A stretch of DNA of 64,000 nucleotides. Source: Heptranchias perlo. Lineage: Eukaryota. Where the stretch lies: the NCBI RefSeq assembly GCF_035084215.1, contig NC_090336.1, forward strand, positions 40,734,001 through 40,798,000, written 5' to 3'. The notes below the pieces were generated by a model that worked only from the letters and a program-made list of their open reading frames with translations, was not told the DNA's origin and made no database searches. Below are positions 45,735 to 60,222 of the stretch, piece after piece (position 1 is the first letter of the stretch; each line of letters opens with the position of its first letter). A program made the position numbers and the translations under genes.

Positions 45735-47753
45735 TGTGATCCACCCGTGGCTTACTAAAGAAGTTAAGGATAGTATTAGATTAAAAGAAGAGGCCTATAA
45801 TGTTGCTAAGAAGAGTAGTAAGCCTGAGGATTGGGAGAGTTTTAGAAACCAGCCAAGGACAACCAAAAAATTGATAAAAAGGGAGAAAATAGAACATGAA
45901 AGTAAACTGGCAAGAAATATAAAAATGGATTGTAAGAGCTTCTACAAGTATGTAAAAAGGAAAAGAGTAGCAAAAGTAAATGTTGGTCCCCTAGAAGCTG
46001 AGACAGGAGAAATTATAATGGGGAATCAGGAAATGGCAGATGTGTTAAACAAATATTTTGTATCTGTCTTCACAGTAGAAGACATAAAAAGAATACCAAA
46101 AATAGTGGGGAACCAAGAGGTAAATGAGAGTGAGGAACTTAAAGTAATTATTATTAGTAGAGAAAAAGTACTTGAGAAACTGAGACTAAAAGTCAATAAA
46201 TCCCTTGGACCTGACTGCCTACATGCGAGGGTTCTAAAAGAGGTGGCTGCAGAGATAGTGGATGCATTGGTTGTGATCTTCCAAAATTCCCTAGATTCTA
46301 TAATGGTCCCAGCAGATTGGAAGGTGACAAATGTATCCCCGCTATTCAAGAAAGGAGGGAGAAAGAAAACAGGGAACTACAGGCCAGTTAGCCTGACATC
46401 AGTCATTGGGAAAATGCTGGGATCCATTATTAAGGAAGTGGTAACAGGGCACTTAGAACATCATAATATGATTAGGCAAAGTCAACATGGTTTTATGAAA
46501 GGGAAATCGTGTTTGTCAAATTTATTAGAGTTTTTTGAGGATGCAACTAGCAGGGTAGATAAAGGGGAAATCAGTGGATGTAATATATTTGGATTTTCAA
46601 AAGGCATTTGATAAGGTGCCACATAAAAGGTTGTGACACAAGAGTTCATGGGGTTAGGTGTAAAATATTAGCATGGATAGAAGATTGATTAACAGACAGA
46701 TAACAGAGAGTAGGGATAAACGGGTCGCTTTCAGGTTGGCAGGCTGTAACTAGTGGGGTGCCGCAAGGATCGGTGTTGGGGCCTCAGCTATTTACAATCT
46801 ATATTAATGACTTGGATGAAGGGACCGAGTGTAATGTATCAAAGTTTGCTGACGATACAAAGCTAGGTGGGAAAGTAAGCTGTGAGGAGGACGCAAAGAG
46901 TCTGCAAAGGGATATGGACAGATTAAGTGAGTGGGCGAGAAGATGGCAGATGGAGTATAATGTGGGGAAATGTAAGGTTATTCACTTTGGTAGGAAGAAT
47001 AGAAAAACATTTTTTTTAAATGGTGAGAAACTATTAAATGTTGGTGTCGAGACACTTGGGTGTCCTAGTACAAAAAGTTAGTATACAGGTACAGCAGGTA
47101 ATTAGGAAAGCAAATGACATGTTGGCCTTTATTGCAAGGGGGTTGGGGTACAAGAGTAAGGAAGTCTTGCTACAATTGTACAGGGCTTTGGTGAGACCTC
47201 ACCTGGAGTACTGTGTACAGTTTTGGTCTCCTTATCTAAGGAAGGATCTATTTACCTTAGAGACGGTGCAACGAAGGTTCACTAGATTGATTCCTGGGAT
47301 GATAGGGTTGTCCTCTGAGGCGAGATTGAGTAGATTGGGCCTATACTCTCTGGAGCTTAGAAGAATGAGAGGTGATCTCATTGAAACATATAACATTCTG
47401 AGGGGCTTGACAGGGTAAATGCTGAGAGGTTGTTTCCCCTGGCTGGAGAGTCCAGAACTAGGGGGCATAGTCCCAGGATAAGGGGTCGGCCACTTAAGAC
47501 TGAGATGAGCAGGAATTTCCTCACTCAGAGGGTTGTGGATATTTGGAATTCTCTTCCCCACCGACGATGCTGAGTTATTGAATATATTCAAGGCTGAGAT
47601 AAATAAATTTTTGGACTCTAGGGGAATCAAGGGATATGGGAATTGGGCAGGAAAGTGGAGTTGAGATGAAGATCAGCCGTGACCTTATTGAATGGCAGAG
47701 CAGGCTCGAGGGGCCATAAGACCTACTCTTGCTCCTATTTCTTATGTTCTTAT
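45735..47753 (+). mobile_element. 5'-truncated CR1, frameshifted
   Basis: [36 protein letters not shown]; tail TTTCTTATGTTCTTAT. Confidence 0.95.
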
Positions 47754-48899
47754 AACCCATATTGCTAGTCCTGTGATATTCTTTCCCATTCATAATGTAC
47801 ATAAGGCTGTAATGGGAAATGGGAGATGCAAATCTGCTGATGGGAAATGTTATTTGTGAAGAATCCAAGCAGAAAGTTTTGCAAGAAAGCACGATTTGTA
47901 ATCTATCCTAGAGTATCTGTACATTATTTTCTTAAAATTATAAGAATATTTCCTCGCCTCAATGTCTATTTGGATCAGAAACATAGAAAATTAGATAGGT
48001 TGCCTAATCGTTTCTGCAATGAAAATCAGCTCAAATATATTAGCCTCTTCTCAAAATGCCAGAAATTTTCTTGTAACCCTTCTCTGAATATATTACCAAT
48101 ATATCTTTGTGCTTTTCAAACTAGAATGCCCCAACTTGTACATGATAATCCAAATAGATGAGTTATTCAAGGCCAATGTAATCTGCTCTATCATTTTACT
48201 GCCCTAGGAAGGCATCATCGTGCTCAACTAGTCTTGTTGACAACAGTTGCATACTGATTGGAATGGGATGAATTTCTCCCCCTATCCCCTCACCCCCTGC
48301 CCCCGGGCTGTGTGGAAATATGGTGAAGTGCCACCTTAAGTAAGTTCCATCTTAAGCAACCTGAGCATTCCCGTATTTGTGGGTTTCTCCTCTTCTTTGT
48401 GCCTGGGAACTAAGCATTCCCTGGGTGCAAAGCAGGGAAAAATTGGACCTGCTAAGTTTCGGTGTATAATTGATAATCACGCTGCGATCTTTTTCCTTAT
48501 TTGTCTTTGCTTAAAAACATCCAATCACCGTGATTGCTGGGCACTGAACTGCCTGTAATACAGTGGATCTGGAGTTACAAAAAGCTTTTCATAAAATTCT
48601 GCATGAAAGGCTGCTATACAAATTAATGGCAGATGACACCCTACATAAAACCTGGTTGTGGGTATGGAATTGACTGAAAACATGGAAGCAGTGGGTATTA
48701 GGGGAGTGGTGTTGGGCTGTGGAGTGTAAAAAGGCAGAAAAGTACCAACAGAAGGAAAATTTGGAAGTGGCAGAAGAAATGACATATAAAATTCAATGTG
48801 GACAAGTGCAAGATATGCCACATTGGAAGAATGAATGGAAGACACACTTACTCAATGAATGTTATTCATTTGTCCCTAAGCTTATGCACTTTACCGTTT

Positions 48900-49465
48900 A
48901 GATATAAAAACCCATGATTCTCTAGCATCTCCCTTGCTTACTGATTCCCTGCTCAACTCGAGCTGATATCCAATGATTTTCCCCTTATCTTCACTGTACT
49001 CAATTCTATCTAACTTGTTTTTGTTACATTCTCTATTTTGATAGTTACATCCCTTACCATCTTCTGAACAGGTTGATCTTTATAAAGAAAATCTGTACCC
49101 TCTTAGCTTTAACTTTTGTCTATCTTTTGCTCATGGCCATCTTTCTGTGGTGCCAAAATAGTATTTATATATTCGTGTCTAATTCCAGTAGCTTATTCCA
49201 AGGGCTCCTTGTATTATTAAAAAGCATGTAAGCTTATCCTTCAAAACCTTCATATCCTTTCATTATATTTGCATTACCCTTTTCATCCTGAGCATTACTT
49301 TACCATTTGCTCATCTGTATTTACCAAAGTCTTAGCTGCTCTCCCACTAATTCTCGGTTAAATAAATCCCAACTATTGTTTTCTTGGTTTGTGCCAACAA
49401 CACAGCTCTCTACTTGGTTAATTGTAGAGCATCCTTCCAATTTGTCCTCCTTCTGTCGCTGAGGA
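48900..49465 (-). mobile_element. Very degenerate CR1 ORF2 remnant
   Basis: Weak minus-strand similarity to the CR1 endonuclease-end/linker region (for example DALQLTK..AVLLAQ, IVGIYL). Confidence 0.3.
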
Positions 49466-49471
49466 CTCCTA

Positions 49472-49628
49472 GGGGTAGATTTAAACTGTCATCGCTGTGT
49501 GGAAAACTGGTGGTAGTTGATAGGCTACAGGTTAAAAACCCCGCCGGATTTTTCTTCCCACTGAAGTCATGAATCTTGGGGTACTACCACCCCATTTCCG
49601 CCTGGCAGAGCCAGTGAAAATCTTCCCT
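49472..49628. mobile_element. Short MITE
   Basis: GGGGTAGATTTAAACTG ... CAGTGAAAATCTTCCC, with inner GGTGGTAGT/ACTACCACC. Confidence 0.7.
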
Positions 49629-50714
49629 TTGAATTTTTTGCTTTGCAAATAAACATATTGTATGTAAATATGTTTTGTTTGCAAAGCAAAGAGAAACCTC
49701 TCAACAGACTTCATGCCTTGTCCTGAAAGTAATCAATGGTTTGGTAACGTGCTAGCATCTAGTTGATCCAAAGAATTTTGTTGGGTAGGAATAGTAAGGG
49801 AGAAGACTCAGGAATGGCAGATGCATGTGCTAGATCTAGTTGAGGTTCAGGAAACCATGGCCTAGAAACTGGATTAGGATCCAATATGGTGTGCGGTGTG
49901 CGCGCACTCATTCTGCGCAGGGTATGTGCCGCACACCATAAATGGTTAGGATGCCCACCTGAAACTGGCGTTAGGCCCATAGCATAGGCAAAACGGGGGC
50001 CTAATGCTTATTTTGGCCCCTTATGAAATTGGTACCCCACTGACCGCAGCACGCACCGTGAATGCTATGGTCAGTTTTCTCAGAGAAAAGTGGTCAAATC
50101 AGTGACCTTTAAAGGAACCGGAGGAGGCTGCCAGTGAAATGATAAGTAAAAAATTATTTACTTACTTGAATGTGGAGCCACCAGCAGCAGGAGTGTTTGA
50201 AAGAATCAGTTAGTCAGGTGACTGATACGAGAAAGTTAAATTTTACGCGAGCTATTGTAAGATTCTCTGTGTAACTGTCTGTTGCAGAAGTAAAGTTAAC
50301 TACTGTTTAGTTTCTTCTTATAAATAAATCTATTCAAAAATTAAGACACCTCTCGGCCTAGTTGCCTGATAAGCACCTTTTCAATGTGAGTTGTCTGGAT
50401 TTAATTGAGGGCCTCAAATGTAATAAGCCACAGTCCTAGCCAATGCAAATCCATCTCTAATATAGTTTGATTTTCTTTTAAATCTCTTCTAAGTCATTTC
50501 TTTTATTTAAAAGATTGATGATGGATTATATTTTTAAATGAAAGATTAAAGACAGGTTGCACCTCAACAGAGCAGGGACCAATGTCCTTGCAGGGAGGTT
50601 AACTAGAGCTGTGGGGGAGGGTTCAAACTAATTTGCAAGGAGGATAGGCACCAGGATGAAACATGAGAGGAGAAATAAGGTGCATAAAGCACTGGGAGAG
50701 ACAAATAGCACTAG

Positions 50715-52262
50715 TAACATAGGAACTTAGGAACAGGAGTAGGCCATTCAGCCCCTCGTGCCTGCTCCGCCATTTGATAAGATCATGGCTGATCTGTGAT
50801 CTAACTCCATATACCTGCCTTTGGCCCGTATCCCTTAATACCTTTGCTTCCCATAAAGCTATCTATCTCAGATTTAAATTTAGCAATTGAGCTACTATCA
50901 ATTGCCGTTTGCGGAATAGAGTTCCAAACTTCTGCAACCCTTTGTGTGTAGAAATGTTTTCTAATCTCGCTCCTGAAAGGTCTGGCTCTAATTTTTAGAC
51001 TGTGCCCCCTACTCCTAGAATCCCCAACCAGTGGAAATAGTTTCTCTCTATCCACCCTATCTGTTCCCCTTAATATCTTATAAACTTCAATCAGATGACC
51101 CCTTAACCTTCGAAACTCTAGAGAATACAACCCCAATTTGTGTAATCTCTCCTCGTAACTTAACCCTTGAAGTCTGGGTATCATTCTAGTAAACCTACGC
51201 TGCACTCCCTCCAAGGCCAATATGTCCTTCCGAAGGTGCGGTGCCCAGAACTGCTCACAGTACTCCAGGTGTGGTCTAACCAGGGTTTTGTATAGCTGCA
51301 GCATAACTTCTGCCCCCTTGTACTCTAGTCCTCTAGATATAAAGGCCAGCATTCCATTAGCCTTATTGATTATTTTCTGCACCTGTTCATGACACTTCAA
51401 TGATCTATGTACCTGAACCCCTAAGTCTCTTTGGACAGCCACTGTTTTTAACTTTTTACCATTTCGAAAGTACCCAGTTCTATCCTTTTTTGATCCAAAG
51501 TGGATGACCTCACATTTGTCTACAATGAATTCCATTTGCCACAGTTTTGCCCATTCACCTAATCTATCAATATCGCTTTGTAATTTTATGTTTTCATCTA
51601 TACTGCTTACAATGCCACCAATCTTTGTGTCATCGGCAAACTTAGATATGAGACTTTCTATGCCTTCATCTAAGTCGTTAATAAATATTGTGAATAATTG
51701 AGGCCCCAAGACAGATCCCCGCGGGACTCCACTAGTCACATCCTGCCAATGTGAGTACCTACCCATTATCCCTACTCTCTGTCGCCTTTCGCTCAGCCAA
51801 CTTCCTAACCAAGTCCGTACTTTTCCCTCGATTCCATGGGCTTCTATCTTAGCTAACAGTCTCTTATGTGGGACCTTATCAAATGCCTTCTGGAAGTCCA
51901 TATAAATAACATCCATTGACATTCCCCTGTCCACTACTTTAGTCACCTCTTCAAAAAATTCAATCAGGTTTGTCAGGCATGACCTACCTTTCACAAATCC
52001 ATGCTGGCTCTCTCTGATTAACTGAAAATTCTCGAGGTGTTCAGTCACCCTATCCTTAATTATAGACTCCAGCATTTTCCCCACAACAGATGTTAGGCTA
52101 ACTGGTCTATAATTCCCCGGTTACCCTCTCTCTCCTTTCTTTAAAAGTGGAGTGACGTGCAATTTTCCAATCTAGAAGGACAGTTCCTGAATCTAGAGAA
52201 CTTTGAAAGATTATAGTTCGGGCATCCGCAATGTGCTCACCTACTTCCTTTAAAACCCTGGG
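50715..52262 (-). mobile_element. Nested 5'-truncated CR1 with an uninterrupted 427-codon RT/C-terminal ORF
   Basis: ORF 50801-52084 (QHGF, MDFQKAFDKVPH, FADD); tail complement AACATAGGAACTTAGGAAC; host rejoins as GCACTAG|AGTAAAG. Confidence 0.95.
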
Positions 52263-54562
52263 ACGAGAGTAAAGAATAGTTCGGAAATAGGAGGGATCAA
52301 ACTGGGCAAATGCGAGGCATACTAAGATGAGTTTGGTGTTCATGTGCGTAAATGCAGGTAGCGTGGTAAATAAGATGAGCTGCAGGCTCAAGTTGCCACA
52401 TGAGACTGTGATAAAGTGGCAATAACAGAGACCTGGCTCAAAGAAGGGGAGGATAGGGTACTTAATATTCCTGGGTACAAGGTATTCAGGAACGATAGGG
52501 ATGGGAAGGAAAGAAAGGAGGGTGGGGTGGTGGGGGTGGTTGGCAGTATTGATCAAAGAAATTATTATAGCACTGGAAAGGGGTGATGTAGTTGAGGGGC
52601 CAAAGACAGAATCTATTTGTTTAGAATGAAGGAACAATAGAAGAGCTATTACACTACTGGGTGTATACTGTAGGCCACCAAATAATGGGAAGGAAACAGA
52701 GGAGCAAATTTGCAGGCAAATTACAGAAATATGCAAGAACTATAGAGTAGTAATAATGGGGGAATTCAATTATCCCAACATAGACTGGGATAGTAAAAGT
52801 GTTAAGGACAAAGAGGGGGAGGAATTCCTGAAATTTGTACAGGAGAACTTTCTTGACCAGTGTGTTTGCAGCCCAATGAGGGAGGAAGCAGTGCTAGTTC
52901 TGGAAATGAAGTGGGGCAAGTGGGAGTGGAACATGTTTCAGTGGGGGAGCATTTAGGGAACATTGATCATAATATCATTATGTTTAGAATAGTTATGGAA
53001 AAGGACAAGGAACAATCAAATGTGAAAATACTCAACAGGAGGAGGGCTAACTTCAGTGAGTTAAAAATGGATTTTGCCCTGGTGGATTAGAATCAAAAAT
53101 TGGTAGGCAAAACAGTAATTGAACAATGGGAGGCCTTTAAGGAGGAGATGGTTCAGGTACAGAGTAGACACATTCCACCGAGGGGCAAGGAAGGGCACCC
53201 AAAGCTAGAGCTCACTGATGACTAAAGATATAGAGATTAAAATGAAACAGAAACCAGGCTGAATACAGAAAGTACAGAGGAGATCTAAAAAAGGGAATAA
53301 GAGGGGAAAGAGAGCGTCTGAGAATAGATTAGCAGCTAACATAAAGTGAACCCAGAAGTCTTTTCTAAACATATAAATAGTAAAGGAGGTAGTCAAAAGA
53401 ATGGTGGGACTGATTAGGGACAAAAAAGGAGATCTTCCTATGGAGGCAGAGGGCATGGCTGAGGTACCAAATGAATATTTCACAGAGAAGAGGATGCTAC
53501 CATTGTAGCAGTAAAGGAGGAGGTAGTAGTGATATTGGATAGGATAAAAATAGATAAAGAGGAGGTACTTAAAACATTGGTAATATTCAAAGTAGAAAAG
53601 TGACCCGGTCCAGATGGGATGCATCCTAGGTTACTGAGGGAAGTAGGAATGGAAATTGCAGAGGCTCTGGCCACAATCTTCCAATCCTCCTTAAATATGG
53701 GAGGGGGTACCAGAGGACTGGAGGATTGCAAATGTTACACCCCTGTTCAAAGAAGGGGAGATGGATAAACCTGGCAATTACAGACCAATCAGCCGAACGT
53801 CAGTGGTGGGGAAACTTTTAGAGACAATAATCCGGGACAAAATTAATTGGTACTTGGAAAAGTATGGGCTAATAAATGAAAGTCAGCCCGGATTTTTTAA
53901 AGGCAAATCATGTTTGACTAACTTGATTGAGTTCTTTGATCAAGAAATGGAGAGGGTTGATGAGGGTACTATGGTTGATGTTGTGTATATAGACATTCAA
54001 AAGGCATTTGATAAAATACCACATAATAGACTTGTAAGCAAAATTAAAGCCCATGGGATTAAAGAGACAGTGGTAGCGTGGATACAAAATTGGGTAAGGG
54101 ATAGAAAGCAGAGAGTAGTGGTGAACGGGTGTTTTTCAGGCTGGAGGAAAGTATACACTGGTGTTCCCCAGGAGTCATTGTTAGGATCATTGCTCTTTTT
54201 GATATATATTAATGACCTGGACTTAAGTATAGAGCGTATAATTTCAAAGTTTGCAGATGACACGAAACTCAGAAATGTGTTAAACAATGTGGAGGATAGT
54301 CACAGACTTCATAAGGACATAGACAGACTAGTGAAATGGGCAGACACATGGCACATGAAATTTAATGCAGAGAAGTGTGAAGTGATACACTTTGGTAGGA
54401 AGAATGAGGAGAGGAAATATAAACTAAATAGTACAATTTTAAAGGGAGTGCAAGAACAGAGACCTGGGGGTGTATGTACACAAATCTTTGAAGGTGCCAG
54501 GACAAGTTGGGAAGGCTGTTCAAAAAGCATATGGGATTCTGGGCTTTATTATTAGAGACATG

Positions 54563-55295
54563 GGGCTCGATTTTCAAAGTAAAAATCAGGTGGGTTGGGA
54601 GCGGTGGGGGGGGCGGGCGTTGAAAATTGCCACCATTTCAGACCTGCCCCCAGGTTTTTGCTGGGGCGGGACGAGGGGTGGGTGGCCAACCCACTCCCAG
54701 GAGGCAGGTCGAGCCTTAAAGCCTTTCAAGGAGGCTTCGGGCCTTCATTTTTAGCTAATTCCCCATTTCAACCACCCCCTCCCACCCTGACCGCAGACCC
54801 CTCCCCAAACACGGACCCCTGACCCCGACCACGACCCCGACCTTCCGCATCCAACCCCTGACTCTGATCCCAATCTTCTGACCCCGACCCCGATCCTCCC
54901 CCCTCCGCTCCCGATCCTCTGACCCCCCCCCATGACTGCAGACCCCCGCGATGACCCCCCCCGTGATTGACCCCCGATCCCATCCACCATGACTCGCGAC
55001 CCCTGTGCCCACCCGTGCCACATGCCCACCCATGCCCCTTGCCCACCCGTGCCCCCCCATCCATACAAACAAAGACTTATCTGCAGAATTACCTGCAGAC
55101 ATCCTCTCCCTGGCTGGTCTCCCCTCCGACTGAGATCAGCCGGTCAGTCGGACGGGAAACCGACAAAAAAAAAAAGACATCCTTACGTCAAAATCATAAG
55201 GAGGTCAGGGAAACCCGTTTTAATGGGTTCCCTGACCTCAAATTGACCCCCCCCACCCCCCACCTCCTTCCTGGCTCTGTTTCAAAATTGAGCCC
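54563..55295. mobile_element. Harbinger-type MITE with a C-rich low-complexity core, inserted in CR1 RT
   Basis: TIRs GGGCTCGATTTTCAAA and TTTCAAAATTGAGCCC; CR1 coding sequence resumes at GAGTTCAAAAGC. Confidence 0.85.
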
Positions 55296-57233
55296 ACAGA
55301 GTTCAAAAGCAGGGAATTTATGCTAAACCTGGTTGGGCCTCGGCTGGAGTATTGTGTTCAATTCTGGGCACCACATTTTAGAAGGATATCAAGACCTTAG
55401 AGAGGGTGCAGAAGAGATTTACTAGAATGGTACCAGGGATGAGGGACTTCAGTTATGTGGAGAGACTGGAGAAGCTGGGATTGTTCTCCTTAGAACAGAG
55501 AAGGTTAAGAGGCAATTTGATAGAGGTGTTCAAAATCATGGATGGTTTTCACAGAGTAAATAAAGAGAAACTGTTTCCAGTGGCAGAAAACATCGGTAAC
55601 CAGAGGACACAGATTTGAGGTGATCGGCAAAAGAACCAGAGGCGACACGAGGAAACATTTTTTTAAGCAGCGAGTTGTTATGATCTGGAATGCACTGCCA
55701 GAAAGGGTGGTGGAAGCAGATTCAATAGTAACTTTCAAAAGGGAATTGGATAAATACTTGAAGGGAAAAATGTTACAGGGCTATGGGGAAAGAGCAGGGG
55801 AGTGAGACTAATTGGATAGCTTTTTCAAAGAGCTGACACAGACACGATGGTCTGAATGGCCTCGTTCTGTGCTGTATCCTACTATGATACTATGAAAATC
55901 CAGTCTCTTACAGTCATAAACAACTATTATAATATTGATAATTGTCCATAATTACAGTAACTGGAACATTTTTGGAAGAGAAAGAAACCACCATATTTAA
56001 GCTGTGCAGGTGGGAATTATCCTCGTATTGATCATAATAAAATATTTGTCTCTGATGTCTATGATTATTTCCCATTCTTAGAACAGCTGAAAGCACCCAC
56101 CATATAATTAGCCAGGATAGCTGCCGATACTGTTCAACAATTAACAATTTCTTTCATACTTCTAACCAATTACTGGCTGAAGTTTTAATTTTCCATCACT
56201 GTAAAGTACAGGTCTGCATCAATTATTATTTTCCATGTAGACCATAGCAGCTGGAACATGTGGCAGTAAAGGCAGATTAGAGATTACTGAAGAGCAATTT
56301 TGTTTTTTTTTCATGTTTCAGCACCAATTTCACTCTGCAATAGGTCATGGGATGGATTCACATTAATACTTCCTTTTATTGAAAATGAAGGGAGTTAGAG
56401 TTGGGTGCGTGAAAGGTGTATTTTTCCTGGCTGCTGAGATTCCTGTTGTTTGTCAGTGGGTGCATATTTATAGATGTACCATACCAGCTGTTCATTTTTT
56501 GTTGTAATTAGACATTTTGGGAGTTTTTAAGTACAATATTTGATGTTTGCAGTAGATGCATTGAATTCGCATGGGGAACAGGGGACCAGGGGATCCGTAT
56601 TGGAAAGTTGCTCAAAAGGAGAAGATTGTTGCTGTAGCAACTGCTGAATTAGAAAAAAATGCTAATTGGCAAAATGCATAACTTTTATGCATAAAAATGT
56701 TATGTACAAAATCAATGGGGATCATTCATTGCTGCTGCATATATAAAGGCTCATATTGAGCACTGTTTTAATCTAGTCTCAGTAAATACATCTTCATTGA
56801 GCGGAGAAGGACTGCCTATATGGCTATTTCTCAACAGAGCAGGTCCATAGGCAGAGATTTTTGCTTGTGCTTGTATAAACATATCAGGTACTATTCATGT
56901 ACAAGTAAAGTATTTGTACTTCATTCATTCAATGTGTCACAGGCAGAATTAAGTGTGACAGAATGTGCAGATGTGACTAGTGGAATGGAGCAGATTTGAG
57001 CCCAAAATTGCACTGCCTATGAATTGGTGCTACTGTAGAATCTTCTCTCAAGGTGGATTTCTTCACTGCAAAAACCATCCTAAGTGTTTACACTAGCAGC
57101 TAGATGTCTGGTTTAGGCACGTGTTACATATGCTTCTACCAGTGGCAGTATAAATGGGGCTTTTTTAATGCATTTACATTGAAGTTGTAATGGCTTTGTT
57201 GGGGAAAGGAAGGGGTTCTATTTTTGCACATAA

Positions 57234-57363
57234 GGGTAGATTTTACAAATTGGCATACCCAGCGTGGAACACATATCGAGAATGTAGGCTGTACTGATAT
57301 CTATGCTTGAATTCCCAAAATGCACTCCCAGTGTGCCAGAAATATGAATTTATAAAATCTATC
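57234..57363. mobile_element. Short MITE
   Basis: GGGTAGATTTTACAAATT ... AATTTATAAAATCTATC. Confidence 0.55.
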
Positions 57364-57576
57364 ATATATTGTCAGTGTTGAGCACACTCAGGTTAGATAC
57401 AGCTTGACGTGGATACAGGATAAACCCAGCTTTTCTTTTAATCTAGCAGCAGAAGAACACCCCTTACTTTGTCCTGTATAATATTTCCCACATCAGCTAT
57501 CCTTGTGGCCTCTCTGAAGCTGCCATTTCATTATTGAAGTATGGGGACTTTTATGCTGTGCAGTTGGGCCCACCAT

Positions 57577-60222
57577 GAGTCCTCAACATTGACTCTGGAC
57601 CCCATGAAATCGCATGGCATCAGGTCAAACATGGGCAAGAAAACCTCCTGCTGATTACCACCTAACGCCCTCCCTCAGCTGATGAATCAGTCCTGCTCCA
57701 TGTTGAACACCACTTGGAGGAAGCACTGAGGGTAGCAAGGGCACAGAATGTACTCTGGGTGGGGGACTTCAATGTCCATCACCAAGAGTGGCTCGGTAGC
57801 ACCACTACTGACCGAGCTGGCCGAGTCCTGAAGGATATAACTGCCAGACTGGGCCTGCAGCAGGTGGTGAACGAACCAACACGAGGGAAAAACTTACTTG
57901 ACCTCGTCCTCACCAATCTACCTGTCACAATGCATCTGTCCATGACAGTATTGGTAGGAGTGACCACCGCACAGTCCTCGTGGAGATGAAGTCCCGTCTT
58001 CGCACTGAGGATAACATCCAAAGTGTTATGTGGCGCTAGCACCGTGCTAAATGGGATAGATTCAGAACAGATCTAGCAGCTCAAAACTGGGCATCCATGA
58101 GGCATTGTGGACCATCAGCAGCAGCAGCAGAATTGTATTCCAGCACAATCTGTAACCTCATGACTTGGCATATTCCTCACTCTACCATTACCAACAAGCC
58201 AGGGGATCAACCCTGGTTCAATGAGGAGTGTAAAAGAGCATGCCAGGAGTAGCACCAGGCGTACCGAAAAATGAGGTGCCAACCTGATGAAGCTACAACT
58301 CAGGACGACATGTATGCTAAACAGCGGAAGCAACATGCTATAGACAGAGCTAAGCGATTCCACAACCAACGGATCAGATCAAAGCTCTGCAGTCCTGCCA
58401 CATCCAGTCATGAATAGTGGTGGACAATTAAACAATTAATGGGAGGAGGAGGCTCTGCAAACATCCCCATCCTCAATGATGACCGAGTCCAGCTCGTGAG
58501 TGCAAAAGACAAGGCTGGAAGCGTTTGCAACCATCTTCAGCCAGAAGTGCCGAGTGGATGATCCATCTCGGCCTCCTCCCGATATCCCCACCATCACAGA
58601 AGCCAGCCTTCAGCCAATTCGATTCACTCCACGTGATATCAAGAAACGGCTGAGTGCACTGGATACAGCAAAGGCTATGGGCCCTGAAAACATCCCGGCT
58701 ATAGTGCTGAAGACTTGTGCTCCAGAACTAGTTGCGCCTCTAGCCAAACTGTTCCAGTACAGCTACAACACTGGCATCTACCCGACAATGTGGAAAATTG
58801 CCCAGGTATGTCCTGTCCACAGAAAGCAGGACAAATCCAATCCGGCCAATTACCGCCCCATCAGTCTACTCTCAATCATCAGCAAAGTGATGGAAGGTGT
58901 CATCGACAGTGCTATCAAGTGGCACTTACTCACCAATGACCTACTCACCGATGCTCAGTTTGGCTTCCGCCAGGACCACTTGGCTCCAGACCTCATTGCA
59001 GTCTTGTTCCAAACATGGACAAAAGAGCAGAATTCCAGAGGTGAGGTGAGAGTGACTGCCCTTGACATCAAGGCAGCAATTGACTGAGTGTGGCACCAAG
59101 TAGCCCTAGTAAAATTGAAGTCAATGGGAATCGGGGAAAACTCTCCAGAGGCTGGAGTCATACCTAGCACAAAGGAAGATGACTGTGGTTGTTGGAGGCC
59201 AATCATCTCAGCCCCAGGACATTGCTGCAGGAGTTCCTCAGGGCAGTGTCCTAGGCCCAACCATCTTCAGCTGCTTCATCAATGACCTTTCCTCCATCAT
59301 AAGGTCAGAAATGGGGATGTTCGCTGATGATTGCACAGTGTTCAGTTCCATTCGCAACCCCTCAGATAATGAAGCAGTCCGAGCCCGCATGCAGCAAGAT
59401 CTGGACAACATCCAGGCTTGGGCTGATAAGTGGCAAGTAACATTCGTGTCAGACAAGTGCCAGGCAATGACCATCTCCAACAAGTGAGAGTCTAACCACT
59501 TCCCCTTGACATTCAAAGGCATTACCATTGCTGAATCCCCCACCATCAACATCCTGGGGGTCACCATTGACCAGAAACTTAACTAGACCAGCCATATAAA
59601 TACTGTGGCTACAAGAGCAGGTCAGAGGTTGGGTATTCTGTGGCGAGTGACTCACCTCCTGACTCCCCAAAGCCTTTCCACCATCTACAAGGCACAGGTC
59701 AGGAGTGTGATGGAATACTCTCCACTTGCCTGAATGAATGCAGCTCCAACAACACTCAAGAAGCTCAAAACCATCCAGGACAAACAGCCTGCTTGATTGG
59801 CACCCCATCCACCACCCTAAACATTCACTACTTCACCACCGGTGCACAGTGGCTGCAGTGTGTACCATCCACAGGAAGCATTGCAGCAACTTGCCAAGGC
59901 TTCTTCGACAGCACCTCCCAAACCCGCAACCTCTACCACCTAGAAGGACAAGGGCAGCAGGCACATGGGAACAACACCACCTGCATGTTCCCCTCCAAGT
60001 CACACACCATCCCGACTTGGAAATATATCGCCGTTCCTTTATCGTCGCTGGGTCAAAATCCTGGAACTCCCTTCCTAACATCACTGTGGGAGAACCTTCA
60101 CCACACAGACTGCAGCGGTTCAAGAAGATGGCTCACCACCATCATCTCAAGGGTAAATAGGGATGGGCAATAAATGCCGGCCTCGCCAGCGACGCCCACA
60201 TCCCATGAACGAATAAAAAAAA
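57577..60222 (+). mobile_element. Poly(A)-tailed CR1-group LINE (endonuclease to tail), multiple stops and frameshifts
   Basis: [44 protein letters not shown]; short 3'UTR ending AATAAAAAAAA. Confidence 0.93.

Larger units (their letters stand above)
50551..55894 (+). mobile_element. CR1 (end of ORF1, then ORF2 to tail) interrupted by an antisense CR1 and a MITE
   Basis: ORF1 end DRLHLNRAGTNVLAGRLTRAVGEGSN*. ORF2 from ~52330 (VNAGSVVNK, ITETWL, CRPP, GEFNYP), RT 53761-54555 with FADD; tail CTACTATGATACTATGA. Confidence 0.92.

Noticed and set aside
45559-45735. Novel hydrophobic N-terminus fused to RT (twin-priming inversion)
   Set aside because: Chance read-through from an antisense CR1 of a different subfamily; each copy has its own 3' tail.
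20758-54563. Insertion hotspot: two CR1 hosts interrupted at nearby positions in ORF2
   Set aside because: The inserts are different classes (LINE versus MITE) and n=2, which is compatible with chance.
54751-55102. Gly-rich minus-strand ORFs
   Set aside because: They derive from the C-rich low-complexity interior of a MITE.
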